DNA from: Barthelona sp. PAP020
Lineage: Eukaryota
Length of the DNA stretch: 54,397 nt
Reading direction: 5' to 3'
NCBI GenBank assembly: GCA_040182905.1
Contig: JARQWU010000009.1
Location: forward strand, 1 to 54,397
Below are positions 20,112-31,515 of the stretch, piece after piece. The notes under the pieces are model-generated. The model did not search any database. It was not told where the DNA came from and saw only the letters and a program-made list of their open reading frames with translations. Made by a program: the position numbers and the translations under genes. Numbering within the stretch: the first letter of the stretch is position 1; each line of letters begins with the position of its first letter.

Positions 20112-21761
20112 TCATTTTTTTTTCTTCAAGAATTTGGATAACACACTGTTAGATGGTTTTTTAACCGAAACTTGTTCCACAATATCAGATATATCTGGAT
20201 AATCTACAAAACTAAAAGCATTATCCATAAAGATCGGATTTGGATAAACAATTTTAGGTTTAGGTGGCCAATCAACAATTCTACAATCATTTTTAGATAA
20301 TATTGTAGATTTAAACATATTTAGTTTCTTAATATCCCCAACAATTTCTTTTTCTTGAGAATTATCTCTACATAATACAACCAAAGAGCGACACCTGACA
20401 TTCAATTTTTCACCCAAATTTTGCAATTTTTGCAAGTCATTCAAAAAAATTTCTTCAAGATTTCCTTTCTTTGCCATTGTAAGGGCTAATTTGCTAACTT
20501 TCAAGAAATTTGTAATCATTGCAACAGTTTCTTCAAATTTTTGGGCTCTAAAAAATGTTAATCCAACAAAATAAGTACGTACAGCTCTGGTATAAAATTG
20601 CAAAGCAGTCACTTCATTTCTTTTATCTACCTCAGTAATAATGTTTCTTAATTGACCAATACCTTGAAGCAATTGTTCATACAATCGACAAATATCTGCT
20701 GTTTCAACAGATGATTCAATATTCTTGGATGGATTTAACAATTTTGTTCTTAATTCACTTACAAGTAAGAAATCTCTTCTAATGATACTCTCCAATTCAA
20801 TACGTTCTAATAAAGCAGATATTTCAGAAATACCAACAGTAGATCTTGCTTGTGCAACAATCAATGCATCTTTAACATCAGGAATAACACCAAATAATTG
20901 ATCAAATAAACCAAATAACTGTTTTTTCGAATCTTTTTCAAACCAAAATTCGGAACCAATTCCAATATCAATTGAATTTAATTGAAGGGTCAAATGTTCT
21001 TGTCTTTCTTTCAATAATAACAGAGATCCAGCCAATTCCGGTGTGGCAATATCAACAACTGTGCCATCAGTCCATTCAAAATGTTTCAAATCTTTTGCTT
21101 TTTCAAGACGCTTCGATGTCAATGTTTCATTCAAATTTGAAGAAATCAGATCTAATCCAATACTATTAGAAGATAACTGTAATGCAACCAAGTCAGCAAT
21201 ATCATCACTAGACATTGATTTCTCCATGTAATAACGACAAAATTTAATAGCAGGATCAATAGCTTTAACAAACATGGTTTTAGAGGTTTTATCTAAATAT
21301 TGTTTGACATTCGACAAATGCTTGAAAGCAGTGTCGTAGTTTTTCAATTCTAATTCATAAAATCCTTGCATCTGTTCGTGAAACATTTTAGCCTCTTCTT
21401 TTATTGCTTCAGTGCTTTGTTCTTCATTCAAACAGTAAGTTTTCAATTCTGAAGACCATTTAACTGCTTTTTTCATTCTTGACAAGACATCATGATTAGC
21501 TCTTGGATTATTCATGACAGTGGCTTTATGACACATGGAATATGCACATGCTCGTTCAGATAATAAAGTGTAAACTTCGATTTCAATGAAAAAACTTCTA
21601 GGTTTCTTCCTTAAATTGTTTAACCTTTTGGAAAGTTTCTTTCTCCATATGGTGTAATCATCCGTTCGGTCACAAAGCAGCTCGAAAATCATTTTCAAAT
21701 ATAAAAAAATATATACTTGTTCTTTCCCAATTATTTCATTTTGCAACAGACAAAGTATCAT
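20112..21761 (-). CDS. SRP68: Signal recognition particle subunit SRP68
   Basis: DY..WR..LS.RL..LRK, LLSERA.AYSM, R.KKAVKWS, P.I.FC.Y, C-terminal PPK......PIF.D.A...V.YP. Exact 5' structure uncertain. Confidence 0.85.
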   Translation of the reverse strand: MILCLLQNEIIGKEQVYIFLYLKMIFELLCDRTDDYTIWRKKLSKRLNNLRKKPRSFFIEIEVYTLLSERACAYSMCHKATVMNNPRANHDVLSRMKKAVKWSSELKTYCLNEEQSTEAIKEEAKMFHEQMQGFYELELKNYDTAFKHLSNVKQYLDKTSKTMFVKAIDPAIKFCRYYMEKSMSSDDIADLVALQLSSNSIGLDLISSNLNETLTSKRLEKAKDLKHFEWTDGTVVDIATPELAGSLLLLKERQEHLTLQLNSIDIGIGSEFWFEKDSKKQLFGLFDQLFGVIPDVKDALIVAQARSTVGISEISALLERIELESIIRRDFLLVSELRTKLLNPSKNIESSVETADICRLYEQLLQGIGQLRNIITEVDKRNEVTALQFYTRAVRTYFVGLTFFRAQKFEETVAMITNFLKVSKLALTMAKKGNLEEIFLNDLQKLQNLGEKLNVRCRSLVVLCRDNSQEKEIVGDIKKLNMFKSTILSKNDCRIVDWPPKPKIVYPNPIFMDNAFSFVDYPDISDIVEQVSVKKPSNSVLSKFLKKKK

Positions 21762-21873
21762 GAAACAACATAAATTGAATATTTTTTTTTTACCTTTGAC
21801 AAATATGACATTTTGCCTTTCACTATCAAATTTTTATTCTTCAATTTTTTTTTTAAGAAATTTTGCAATTTCA

Positions 21874-22353
21874 ATGGTTCAACCAAAATTTAAAAATCGA
21901 TCATCTGTTGATGATGCTACTGAAAACGAAATAATACACAGTATCCATTTAAATTCAGGGAAATCCCGAAAGCAATTGAATGAATCAATGAGACAAAGAA
22001 AAATGAATAAAAGAAAAAAAGTTAAACTTGCAGACAAAATAGTTGCAGATATGAAAAAAAAGAAAGAAGAAAATAATGTATTTTCATTTACTCAAGTCGC
22101 TCAAGACAATGATTTATCTTTCGTTGAAGCTTTAAATTTAGTTGCAGAAAATATGTCAACAAAAAATGAAAATGAAGAATATAGAAAACCGGCAAAACAG
22201 AAAGTAACCAAAAAACAATTAAATAAAGAGGTTAAACGTTTTAATAATATATTTAGTCAATTAGGAAATAGTTTGAAAAATAAAGATCTTGACACAACAG
22301 AGAACTTCATTGTGAACGCTGTTCAAGGCTACTGTGACAAACAACGTAAATAA
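21874..22353 (+). CDS. Basic protein, possibly ribosome biogenesis factor SLX9-like
   Basis: Lys-rich; C-terminal L.KEVKRF..I resembles the SLX9 motif. Start codon inferred. Confidence 0.35.
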   Translation: MVQPKFKNRSSVDDATENEIIHSIHLNSGKSRKQLNESMRQRKMNKRKKVKLADKIVADMKKKKEENNVFSFTQVAQDNDLSFVEALNLVAENMSTKNENEEYRKPAKQKVTKKQLNKEVKRFNNIFSQLGNSLKNKDLDTTENFIVNAVQGYCDKQRK

Positions 22354-22384
22354 TTCAAAATTTTTAATTTAAACCTTTAATTTG

Positions 22385-22927
22385 TTAGTCTTTATTTTCC
22401 AAATATCTGAAATCGTCAATTGTTTTTTGAAAAAATCTTTCAATACTCTCTTCATCAAGCATATGTACTGCTTCACACGCATTTTTAACAATTAAATCAA
22501 AATCTAAATCACCGTTTTTTTGGATAAAAAATTCTACAATCATTGTTTTGAGTCTGTCCATTTCCAGGTCATACTGATCATCAAGAAATTTTCTTATTGT
22601 CTCATCTATTGGGGGAAAATTATGATTTCTTAACCAACTAAACTCTTCCCTTGAACATATTGCCTCTTTAATGGTGATAAAACTGTGACATTTAGGAAAA
22701 AGTTCTGGCAAAATCTCATTTAACAAAATACCAAATTCTTTTACCAAATATTTATATCGTATTTCATATTGATCCTCCAATAATGTGTATAAATACTCTT
22801 CGTCAATGGAAACAATGGTAAAAATTTTGGCACATATATCATTTAATCTAACTAGTGGATTATTCATGAAAGAATCAAATAATTTAAATATATATATAAT
22901 TTCATCATGATTTAATTGGCGATTCAT
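22385..22927 (-). CDS. Hypothetical protein
   Basis: About 180-aa ORF filling the space between neighbouring genes. Confidence 0.6.
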   Translation of the reverse strand: MNRQLNHDEIIYIFKLFDSFMNNPLVRLNDICAKIFTIVSIDEEYLYTLLEDQYEIRYKYLVKEFGILLNEILPELFPKCHSFITIKEAICSREEFSWLRNHNFPPIDETIRKFLDDQYDLEMDRLKTMIVEFFIQKNGDLDFDLIVKNACEAVHMLDEESIERFFQKTIDDFRYLENKD

Positions 22928-23088
22928 CGAAACAAAATGCAAAAAATAAAAAATACAAAAACAAAACAATCATTCTCGCTTCCCACTCCTTTACAAAAGA
23001 AACAGTTCGTTTAATTGACACTTTTTAAACTGATTTCTAAATAAAAAGAAAATGCAAAATAGCATTTTTTTATTTTTAACAAAAACCA

Positions 23089-24881
23089 ATGTCTGTTCAA
23101 ACGATAATTGATGACCTTACTCATGAAGATGGAGCAAGGCGCGCTACTGCAATGAGCAAACTGTCCACAATTGCATTGGCGTTGGGTCCTCAAAGAACAC
23201 GCGAAGACTTTGTTCCTTTTCTTGTAGGTATGCATTTTGACGTTTAATTGATAACTAACTTTAAAAAGAAAGAACCGATGATATTTGTAATGAAGTTTTA
23301 ATTGCTTTGGCTGAAGAATTGGGGAAGTTTGTGCCATATTTGGGAGGAGGAGATTTTGCCAAAGTTTTGTTTGATATCATTCCTCCTTTGTTGACTTTTG
23401 ATGAATCTGAAGTCAGAATTGTTGCAACAAAGTCATTTATTTCTATTATTAATGATTTATCGAGTGAATTGGTTAATAACAATGTTATTAACCTTATTGA
23501 TATTTATTCTGAGGCAAAATGGAGTGTTTTACGTTGTATTGCAAGTCAATTGATACCATCTGCGTATAAGAAAGCTAGTAAGACCTCAAAAATACATTTA
23601 TTTGATATTTTAGTTCGATTATCGAAAGATGATTCGCCAAATGTCAAAAGACGTGTTTGCTTAACTCTAAATGAATTTATACCCTTATCCGTTGAAGAAA
23701 ATAGAGAAATTTTGATAGACATGATATTTGAAATGTCTAATTGTCAACAAGATAGTGTTAGATTATTGTTATTTGATAATGTTATTGCTTTACAACCTTT
23801 ATTGAATGCGGATTTGGTTGTATCTCACGTCATTCCCATATTTACCACATTAATCCAAGATAATTGTTGGAGAGTTAGATGTTTGGGATCTAATAAATTC
23901 GTTGCAATTTTAAAATTGCTATCGAAAGGTTCTTTTGAAAGTATGAGAATCAAAATATTAAATTTATTCAAATCTTTGCTTTTAGATCAAGAACCTGAAG
24001 TGAGATGTGCAGCAACTAGAAATATTTCTGCTGTTAGTGAAGTTGTTCCTGTGAATGAATTTGAAACTGTATTATTAGACACTATTTTAACATTGATTGA
24101 TGATGAATCGTTTGATGTTATTACTTTAGCAGCAATAGAAATTGCAAAATTAGCAAAAACAATGGAAAGTGCCAGATATTCTCAAATAATTGGTTCTAAA
24201 ATTACCAACATTTTAATTCATGAAGATGTTGAAGTAAGATTAGGCTTTTTAGATCATTTAGACGAAGTTATTAAAGTAATTGATGTATCTATCATTGCTA
24301 AGGGTGCTTTAAAGAGTTTAGAAGAATTATATCTTTGTCCTAAATGGAGAATTAGGGACCGAGTAGCAAAATTGTTTGGTTTACTTGCGAAATGTTTTGA
24401 TCAACAATATTTTAATGCAAACATTTTGCCCATATTGATGGAATTGTTATTCGATCGTATTTATACAGTTAGGATGTCCGTTCTTGATGCTATTGAAAAA
24501 ATTTGTCAAATATATGGAGAAAGTTGGATTTCTGATGTGATGATCATCAAGTTATTTGAAAATTATTCAAATGATTATTATTTATTCAGGATGACTGTTG
24601 TAAAAGGTCTGGCAATTTGCAGCAAATATGTTAAACCTTTGTTTGTTGAAACAAAGATATTACCTGTGGTTTTGAGATTATTTTTTGATCCTGTACCAAA
24701 TGTGCGTTTTACTGTTTGTGATTTAGTGGCTGAAATGATTGAAAACAGAATGTTTTCCAAAAATGTCACAGTTAAACAAATAATTCCTTCAATTCAGAAA
24801 TTGAAAAATGAAGACACTGAAAAAGATGTTGTGGATTTTGCAGAAAAAGCTTTGAAAAGAATTGAAAATTGTAAGTTATAA
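23089..24881 (+). CDS. PPP2R1: Protein phosphatase 2A scaffold (A) subunit; intron 23228-23268
   Basis: Exon 1 KLSTIALALGPQRTREDFVPFL joins EVLIALAEELGKFVPYLGG; HEAT repeats QDSVRLL, WRVR, EPEVR, WRIR, YLFRMT, DPVPNVRF. Confidence 0.93.
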
Positions 24882-25119
24882 TGTTTAATTTTTCAAATTT
24901 TTCTTTATAAATGGATGTTTAATTTGTAATAGTCATCATAAAGTTGAGAAAAATGTATAATCAACAATATAAATATAATATTTGGATCCTTTTTGTTTTT
25001 TGTCCTTTTATTGAACATTTTTTCGGATGGTATAAATATTGACAATGAACTGACTGCTAAAAAATTGAAGTTCTTCTTTCCTTCCAAAAAAAAAAAAATT
25101 CATTTTCAATTTTATTCAA

Positions 25120-25767
25120 ATGCACTCTTACAAGATCACCATTAATGGAAGAAAGTGGTTAATATTTAAAGGAGAAGACAAATTTGAAAATGAATCATTA
25201 ATTGAGTTTGGATGGCCAGAAGATATTTGGTTTCATGTCGATTCATTTTCCAGTGCTCATATTTATTTGAGATTAAAATATGGTGAAACAATGGATGATA
25301 TTCCAGAGGAAGTCCTGGAATATTGTTGTCAATTGACAAAAGAAAATTCTATTGAAGGATCAAAAAAGAGAAGTGTTCGTATTGTTTATACACCTTGGAC
25401 AAATTTACACAAAACATCAAGAATGGAAATAGGACAAATTGGTTTTCACAGGGATTCTTTACGTCGTTTCAGAATGGTTGAAAAAAATAGAGATATAATA
25501 AAGATATTCAAAAAAAAAGAAACTGAAGTTCACCCTGATTTTAGAGCTTTGAAATCTGAAAGAAATGAAAAAATTGTTCAAATTGAAAAAGAAAAAAGAA
25601 CTGCTGAAAGAACCATTCAATTAGAAAATCAAAAAAAATTAGAAGAAGAAAGAGAAAGAAAAAAAGCTGCAAATGATGCTATTAGAAAAGAAAATCGTAT
25701 TGCTCAAGAAGAATTTGAAATGATGGGTTGTGAACAAGAATTGATTGATGAAGAAGATTGGATTTAG
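25120..25767 (+). CDS. CCDC25: CCDC25/Jlp2 (NFACT-R domain) protein
   Basis: G.DKFENE.LI.FGWPEDIWFHVD..SSAHIYLRL, QLTK.NSIEG.K, VYTPW.NL.KT..M..GQ.GFH. Confidence 0.92.
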   Translation: MHSYKITINGRKWLIFKGEDKFENESLIEFGWPEDIWFHVDSFSSAHIYLRLKYGETMDDIPEEVLEYCCQLTKENSIEGSKKRSVRIVYTPWTNLHKTSRMEIGQIGFHRDSLRRFRMVEKNRDIIKIFKKKETEVHPDFRALKSERNEKIVQIEKEKRTAERTIQLENQKKLEEERERKKAANDAIRKENRIAQEEFEMMGCEQELIDEEDWI

Positions 25768-25998
25768 ATATTTGTGTGATTTGTTATTATCAAGAGTATG
25801 TTTTTCGTGCTTCTTTCTTGTGTGTTATTGACTGCATAAAGAAATAATATTTTTTTCACAAATTGATAAATTGAAACACCTTTTTTTTTTAATGAGAAGA
25901 CATTTTTTTTTCCTTTTCAACCAATGCATTGAATAATTTTAGAACTTCAAAAAGGAATAGTTGAAAGAATGTATTGGTTTTTCTTTTTTTTTTTACAC

Positions 25999-27681
25999 AT
26001 GACATTCACTTCTACCCAGAAAAGAAGTTTAATAGTTTGTTACATAGTAATAATATTTACAACCACAGCCTATAATTTGACCTTGAATATCCTTCCTGTT
26101 GAAATGGGCAAATATGATGTTTCTGCTGTTTCATTTTCTTTGATTATTGTTTCTTATGCATTTACTCAGTTTATTTTTAATCCAATATTTGGGCATTTTT
26201 CCGATGTTTTTGGTCGAAAATTCTTTTTGGTATTTTGTAATTTGGGCATGGGTTTAAGTTGGTCTTTGCAAATGTTTGCAACATCACCAATGTTATTTTA
26301 TGTTTCAAGGGCGTTGAGTGGTGCTTTTGGTGGTGTTATCGCTACTTCCAATAGTTATATGTCTGATATCACAAAAAAAGGTTCACCTGAAAGAATTCAA
26401 TTAATGGGAATAGTTTCTGCTTGTATGTCCACAAGTTTGATTCTTGGACCTGCTCTGGGTGCAATCTTATATGAAGCTTTTGGATTTAAATCAACCATTT
26501 TATGTTCTAGTCTTGTTTTTTGTAGTGCTGGTTTAATGGCATTATTTTTTTTTGAAAATCAAAAGGAGGCTTTGATTTTCTCAGATAGGTTATCTAACCC
26601 TCCATCTTCCACTATGCTTGTAACTCCCTCTATGATCCCAACTATTGATGATGATGATGATTTGAAAAGCAAATCTGATTTTGTTGAGGGAAAGAAAATT
26701 AACTCAGAAGAATTTTCTGTTGTGGAAAATCATACAGTTGTTTATACAGAAGAGAATGAAGACGTTACCTACAATAGAGATTATTCTTATGATCCATATC
26801 AGCCTCAACCTGTGATAGAAACTAATTTTGCATCTAATAATGATTATGTTGCCAGGCACAATGAAGATTCGTCAGATTTTGAAAATGGAGATGCAAAATC
26901 AATTTATATCACTAATAATGAAAAAGAATCAGATTTAGAAATTGAAATTGAAATTGAAATTGAAACAGAAAGGGATATGTCAGAAACAGGCAAGTATGAA
27001 GAAAAAGAAAACGTTTTTAAGAATGTTGAGATGGAAACAAATGTTGAAAATCCTGAAGTTATCTCAAGTCCTGATCATGTGAAACAAGACAGTTTGACAC
27101 AATCTTTCAAAAGAGTCTTTTGTGGTGAAACGAATTTTTTCGCCTTTTGGACCACTTGTATGTGTGTTTGGGCAGGTTTTGTTGTTGTTCAAAATCTCAT
27201 CATATACGATTTAGAAGAAAGAATGAAATATAAACCACTTATCGTTTCAGTAGCAACGGTTGTTTCTGCAATTTCTCAAGTGTTAATTCAAGTTTTCTTT
27301 GTAAAACCAATAAAGAGTAAATTTAATACTTTCAGGGTTTTAGCTTTTGGTGATATTGTTTCCATGGGAGTTTCAATCATTCTTTTTTTCTCAGAAAGCA
27401 TTTATACACATGGTATTGCCTTATTTTTGCTTGTTATTTGTTATTCAATTATGCAACCTTTCCATTTTTCAACAGCCACTTCTTATGTTCAAGATCATGA
27501 TGAAGGATTTGTTTTGGGTTTATTACAAGCAGCTTCGGCTTTTGGTAGAACTGTTGGTCCCATTTCAGGGTCCTTTTGTTATGACATCAATTACAAGTAC
27601 ACTTGGATATTCACATTTTTCTTATATTCATTTGCTTTAACGTTGTTAAAACCTGCTTCTAAAAATTATAAAGATGATTAG
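25999..27681 (+). CDS. MFS transporter (TetA/DHA1-like) with a long acidic central loop
   Basis: Motif A G..SD.FGRK, SRAL.G..GG, GPALG, GRTVGP..G; two hydrophobic halves. Confidence 0.9.
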   Translation: MTFTSTQKRSLIVCYIVIIFTTTAYNLTLNILPVEMGKYDVSAVSFSLIIVSYAFTQFIFNPIFGHFSDVFGRKFFLVFCNLGMGLSWSLQMFATSPMLFYVSRALSGAFGGVIATSNSYMSDITKKGSPERIQLMGIVSACMSTSLILGPALGAILYEAFGFKSTILCSSLVFCSAGLMALFFFENQKEALIFSDRLSNPPSSTMLVTPSMIPTIDDDDDLKSKSDFVEGKKINSEEFSVVENHTVVYTEENEDVTYNRDYSYDPYQPQPVIETNFASNNDYVARHNEDSSDFENGDAKSIYITNNEKESDLEIEIEIEIETERDMSETGKYEEKENVFKNVEMETNVENPEVISSPDHVKQDSLTQSFKRVFCGETNFFAFWTTCMCVWAGFVVVQNLIIYDLEERMKYKPLIVSVATVVSAISQVLIQVFFVKPIKSKFNTFRVLAFGDIVSMGVSIILFFSESIYTHGIALFLLVICYSIMQPFHFSTATSYVQDHDEGFVLGLLQAASAFGRTVGPISGSFCYDINYKYTWIFTFFLYSFALTLLKPASKNYKDD

Positions 27682-27890
27682 TTTTTTATTGTTTCATTAT
27701 TTCAACAATGATGATTCAATAATCAATAGTACAGGAAATTTTAGTTGTTTCCAGTTGTATGTTTCTTACACCGATTTACTGCCAAAAATCAGAGCAAATA
27801 TCAACAAAATAATGATATCCTCAAATGAAAAATATAATCTGTATATGTTTACATTCTTGTATATTATTGGTACATATAATACTTGGTTGT

Positions 27891-28889
27891 TCATGTGCTA
27901 TTGTTTTGAACTTTAAATGAAATATCATTACTTTCGTTATTAACTTGTTCCACACTATTTCTGTTGTTATCAACAGGTTGTGGGATTGTTTGATGTGATA
28001 CAGGTTGAGTAGATTCACTAGAATGAGTTTCTTGTGGGGTGTTAACTTGATTAGATGCATTATCTTCATCATTATAGTTTCTATTTTGTTGTTGAGTTTC
28101 ATTGCTGACTGTGTTATTAGTTGCATCAGTAGTTGTATTAGGAGTCTCACTAACATCTTCAACATGTTCATTAACAACATTATTATGATCATCACTCAAA
28201 TTATTATTTTCATTGATTTCATCAGCATCATCATTGAAATTAGCTTCATCTACTTCATTATTTTGTTCAATTTCATTAGCTTCATTGAAATTGTCATCAT
28301 CAATGTGATCATTTTGCTGCTCTAATTCAAAAGGTTCTTCATTTTCTTGATTCTCTTTTTTACCTCCTTGAGATTTTAAAACTCGATGTTTTTGATCCTT
28401 TCCTAATAATCTATTGATAGTATCTTCAGAATCATATTCAGAAATAGCTTTTAAGTATCTAGCTTGAGTTTGAGCATGTTTTTTAAAATCTTGAACATCG
28501 TATGATGATTTCATGTTGGAAATTTTTCCCAATAAACGTGAATTCTCCTTATCAATTTCACTTAATCTCCTTCTTTTAGATTCTGCATTTAAACTTCCAG
28601 GATGCAATTTAGTAGATTTGGGAACCGATGTATCAATGGTAGATCCACCAACAGATTTGATGGTTGCAATATTTGTCAACAATCGCTGATTCTCTTTGAA
28701 TATTTGATCACATCTTTCCTTTTCAACTTGTTGCCTTTTTGCATTCTGACGTAAATGAATATAAGAAGGTGGACGTTCATTATCAAGCCTTGATTTCACA
28801 GTTTTCAAACGAGCTTGATGTCTTTGGAAATTTTTGTCATTCCACTTTTTGTTTAAATGCTTGTTGCCATAAGCAAGCGCTGGATTCAT
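27891..28889 (-). CDS. CFAP97/KIAA1430-domain protein with an Asn/Glu-rich tail
   Basis: H..RL..VK..LDN..P, ER...I..EN..LL..I and SLN...R......I..EN..LL..I repeats. Confidence 0.75.
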   Translation of the reverse strand: MNPALAYGNKHLNKKWNDKNFQRHQARLKTVKSRLDNERPPSYIHLRQNAKRQQVEKERCDQIFKENQRLLTNIATIKSVGGSTIDTSVPKSTKLHPGSLNAESKRRRLSEIDKENSRLLGKISNMKSSYDVQDFKKHAQTQARYLKAISEYDSEDTINRLLGKDQKHRVLKSQGGKKENQENEEPFELEQQNDHIDDDNFNEANEIEQNNEVDEANFNDDADEINENNNLSDDHNNVVNEHVEDVSETPNTTTDATNNTVSNETQQQNRNYNDEDNASNQVNTPQETHSSESTQPVSHQTIPQPVDNNRNSVEQVNNESNDISFKVQNNST

Positions 28890-29108
28890 TTGATAAAAGT
28901 AGAAAAAATTTAAATTAATTTTTTTCCTTACCTTTTTTTTTTTTCTTTACAAAAAATTTTTAAAAAAACAAATCAATTAATTTTTAATCATCATCAAAAT
29001 TGTTTTTTTAAATTCCATCCAAAAAAATCAAAAAACAAATGAAAAAACAAAATGTTTTATTTTATATGTGAGTGTGTGTGTTGTTGCCTAAAATGGTGTC
29101 TATAATGA

Positions 29109-29318
29109 TTACATACCAAAACCGTATAAAGTACGACCTTGTTTCTTCAAAGCATAAATAACATCGACAGCAGTACAAGTCTTACGATTACCATGAACAG
29201 TATAAGTAATGGCATCATGAACAACAGAGTCAAGTTGATTTCTCATAGTTTTTCTGTGGTGCTTGGCAGCCTTACCAATTCCCTTACCAGCAGCTTTTGC
29301 TCTTGCGTGACCAGACAT
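29109..29318 (-). pseudogene. H4: Histone H4 with an in-frame internal deletion (about residues 26-61 absent); pseudogene, variant or assembly artefact
   Basis: Tail [18 protein letters not shown] joined directly to [33 protein letters not shown]. Confidence 0.75.
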
Positions 29319-29654
29319 TTGAGTGATTCAAAGTTTTTAATAAATGCCGAACAAAAAAAATTTATACTTGCTTCAAAAAAATTAATGTTAAAAAAAATTC
29401 CTAGGTTTCTCCACTGCTTTTTTGCACGTAAAATTCAATTTTTCATTTTAATTTATGGAGTAAAAGATTGTTTTGATTTGCTCTTATTAACTTATAAATG
29501 ATTGTTTCAACAATAAATACAAGTGATTTTGAAAAGTAATCCATTTAATGTGAAGGTTGCTTTCACCTTACTCTCTGTTTGTTTATTAACCCACTTTCAA
29601 TAAATTGATGGCTGTCTTAGAATTGAAAAATCCTGTTAACACTTTTTTTGCAAG

Positions 29655-31229
29655 ATGATTTTTTTTCAGTTTGCTTTGAATGGAGAAACATATGATTTTA
29701 GCTTGGAACCTTTATCACCAAAGAGTGAATTTTTGGAACAAATAACGACAATTTTAACAATTCAATTTCATGAATTGTGGGGTATTAATGAAGTTTTGCC
29801 ACATTCATTGAAATTTATTGGGTTACCATTCGACCCTTATGATTCTTCAGATCTAAATTTACCTGAATTACCTGCTGTTGTTCTTTTTTCAGTTTTGTTG
29901 AACATTGACACCTCATTATTCTCTTCCTTTTCTGCTGAGAAAGATACCAACATTATTGATCATGTTTGTAGTCGCAGTATTTTTGGAGATGAACCAATAA
30001 AGCAACCAGGATTTTTAATTGAAAAATATGGTGATGTTCCAGAAGTGAGACATTTTTGTTTACATTGTACAAAACGTGTAATGGATGATATTCGCAGGAC
30101 AACCCCTGACAGAGTTCCTACGTCTTTACCATCTGCAGCATTTTTTTCACCTTTTGTTTGTCAAATACCATTATCAACATCAAATGTCGAAATTTCTGAA
30201 AGATTAAAGGAAAATTGCAAACAAAAGTACCATGAATTATACAACAAACAATTAAAACAACCTTATCCAAAAACGACAATGGGATTGAAATATTTAATTT
30301 CTCACCTATTTTCGGCCATTAAAAGACGTCAAATGATAAATGATTTTGCAAGAAAAAGAACTGAAGATATTATTTCATTTGTTCCAATTTACAACATTTT
30401 GATGGGAGGTGATTTTGATGAAAATATAACTGGACCCTTGCTTGAGCCTTTTGAAAATCACGCTTATTATCAAATTATTGCCAGAACAAAGAATTTTATA
30501 AAAGGTAATCTTTTGGATGAATTAGTCTTTCGTTTATTAAAGTGGTTTAATTCTGTATTTACTTTTGTTAGAAAACCTGATTGTGAGCATTGTGGATCAA
30601 ATGATGTTGTCTTCGTTCACAGGGAACAAGCGAATGAAATCAGAAAATCTGACAGTTCAGAAGTATACAATTGTCGTGTTTGTAATGGTATGACTTATTT
30701 TCATCGATACATTGAACCTTTAAAGATTTTATCTGAAAAAAGAGGACGTTGTCAAGAATTTGCTGTTGCTTTTGCAACAATATTAGACTCTTTGATGATA
30801 CCGACCAGATATGTTTTAGATTTAACAGATCATGTTTGGGTTGAGTATTTTTCTGATAATTTACAAAGGTGGATTCATTTGGACCCCTGTGAACCACTTT
30901 TTGACAAACCTTTTGTATATGAAGGAGGTTGGGGAAAAAATTTAACATATATATTTGCGGTCTCCCTAAGTTCTATTGTTGATGTCACACAAAAATACTC
31001 AAAGAAGTATGAGAATGTGTTAAAACGACGATTATTAACAACTGAGAGTTATTTAATAAAAGAAATTGATAATTCTACCATGATTTTAGTAAATGCTATT
31101 AAACCATCAAAATCTATTCAAGAATTTGAAAAAAATGCAAATGAAAAAGATCTGTTGCATTTGGAAAATCGGTTAGAACGTGAACTTTTACCTGAAGAAA
31201 CCAAAGAAAGAATATCAGGTCATATATAA
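29655..31229 (+). CDS. PNG1: Peptide:N-glycanase (Png1/NGLY1)
   Basis: LLKWF, two CxxC pairs, RGRC.E catalytic Cys, TDHVWVE, RWIHLDPCE, DKP..YE.GWGK.L.Y, R.SG. Confidence 0.93.
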   Translation: MIFFQFALNGETYDFSLEPLSPKSEFLEQITTILTIQFHELWGINEVLPHSLKFIGLPFDPYDSSDLNLPELPAVVLFSVLLNIDTSLFSSFSAEKDTNIIDHVCSRSIFGDEPIKQPGFLIEKYGDVPEVRHFCLHCTKRVMDDIRRTTPDRVPTSLPSAAFFSPFVCQIPLSTSNVEISERLKENCKQKYHELYNKQLKQPYPKTTMGLKYLISHLFSAIKRRQMINDFARKRTEDIISFVPIYNILMGGDFDENITGPLLEPFENHAYYQIIARTKNFIKGNLLDELVFRLLKWFNSVFTFVRKPDCEHCGSNDVVFVHREQANEIRKSDSSEVYNCRVCNGMTYFHRYIEPLKILSEKRGRCQEFAVAFATILDSLMIPTRYVLDLTDHVWVEYFSDNLQRWIHLDPCEPLFDKPFVYEGGWGKNLTYIFAVSLSSIVDVTQKYSKKYENVLKRRLLTTESYLIKEIDNSTMILVNAIKPSKSIQEFEKNANEKDLLHLENRLERELLPEETKERISGHI

Positions 31230-31515
31230 AAAATATTTTTGTCTGTACATTTTTTATTTCTTTAAAGATATATTATTTCATAATTTGAGTCCATTTAACC
31301 ATCAATAAATTTTTCCTACAAGAAATTTTTCATTATTCATTTGTTTTTTTTTTCAAAAATACGATCATGGGTACAAAGCTTTATGCATACAAAAGGGTAT
31401 GAAAAATAAACAGGTCTTTTTATTCACAAAAAAAAAATTACCAACCAAAAACTAACCATCTTTTCCAGTCCTGTATGAAAACATATTTGTATTTTTGATG
31501 GAGAATATTTAGAAT

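Noticed and set aside
26938..26964. (GAAATT)n repeat
   Set aside because: Coding microsatellite (EIEIEIEIE) in the disordered MFS loop.
29549..29567. Hairpin GTGAAGG-TTG-CTTTCAC near H4 as a histone stem-loop
   Set aside because: Lies upstream of H4 and does not fit the histone stem-loop consensus.
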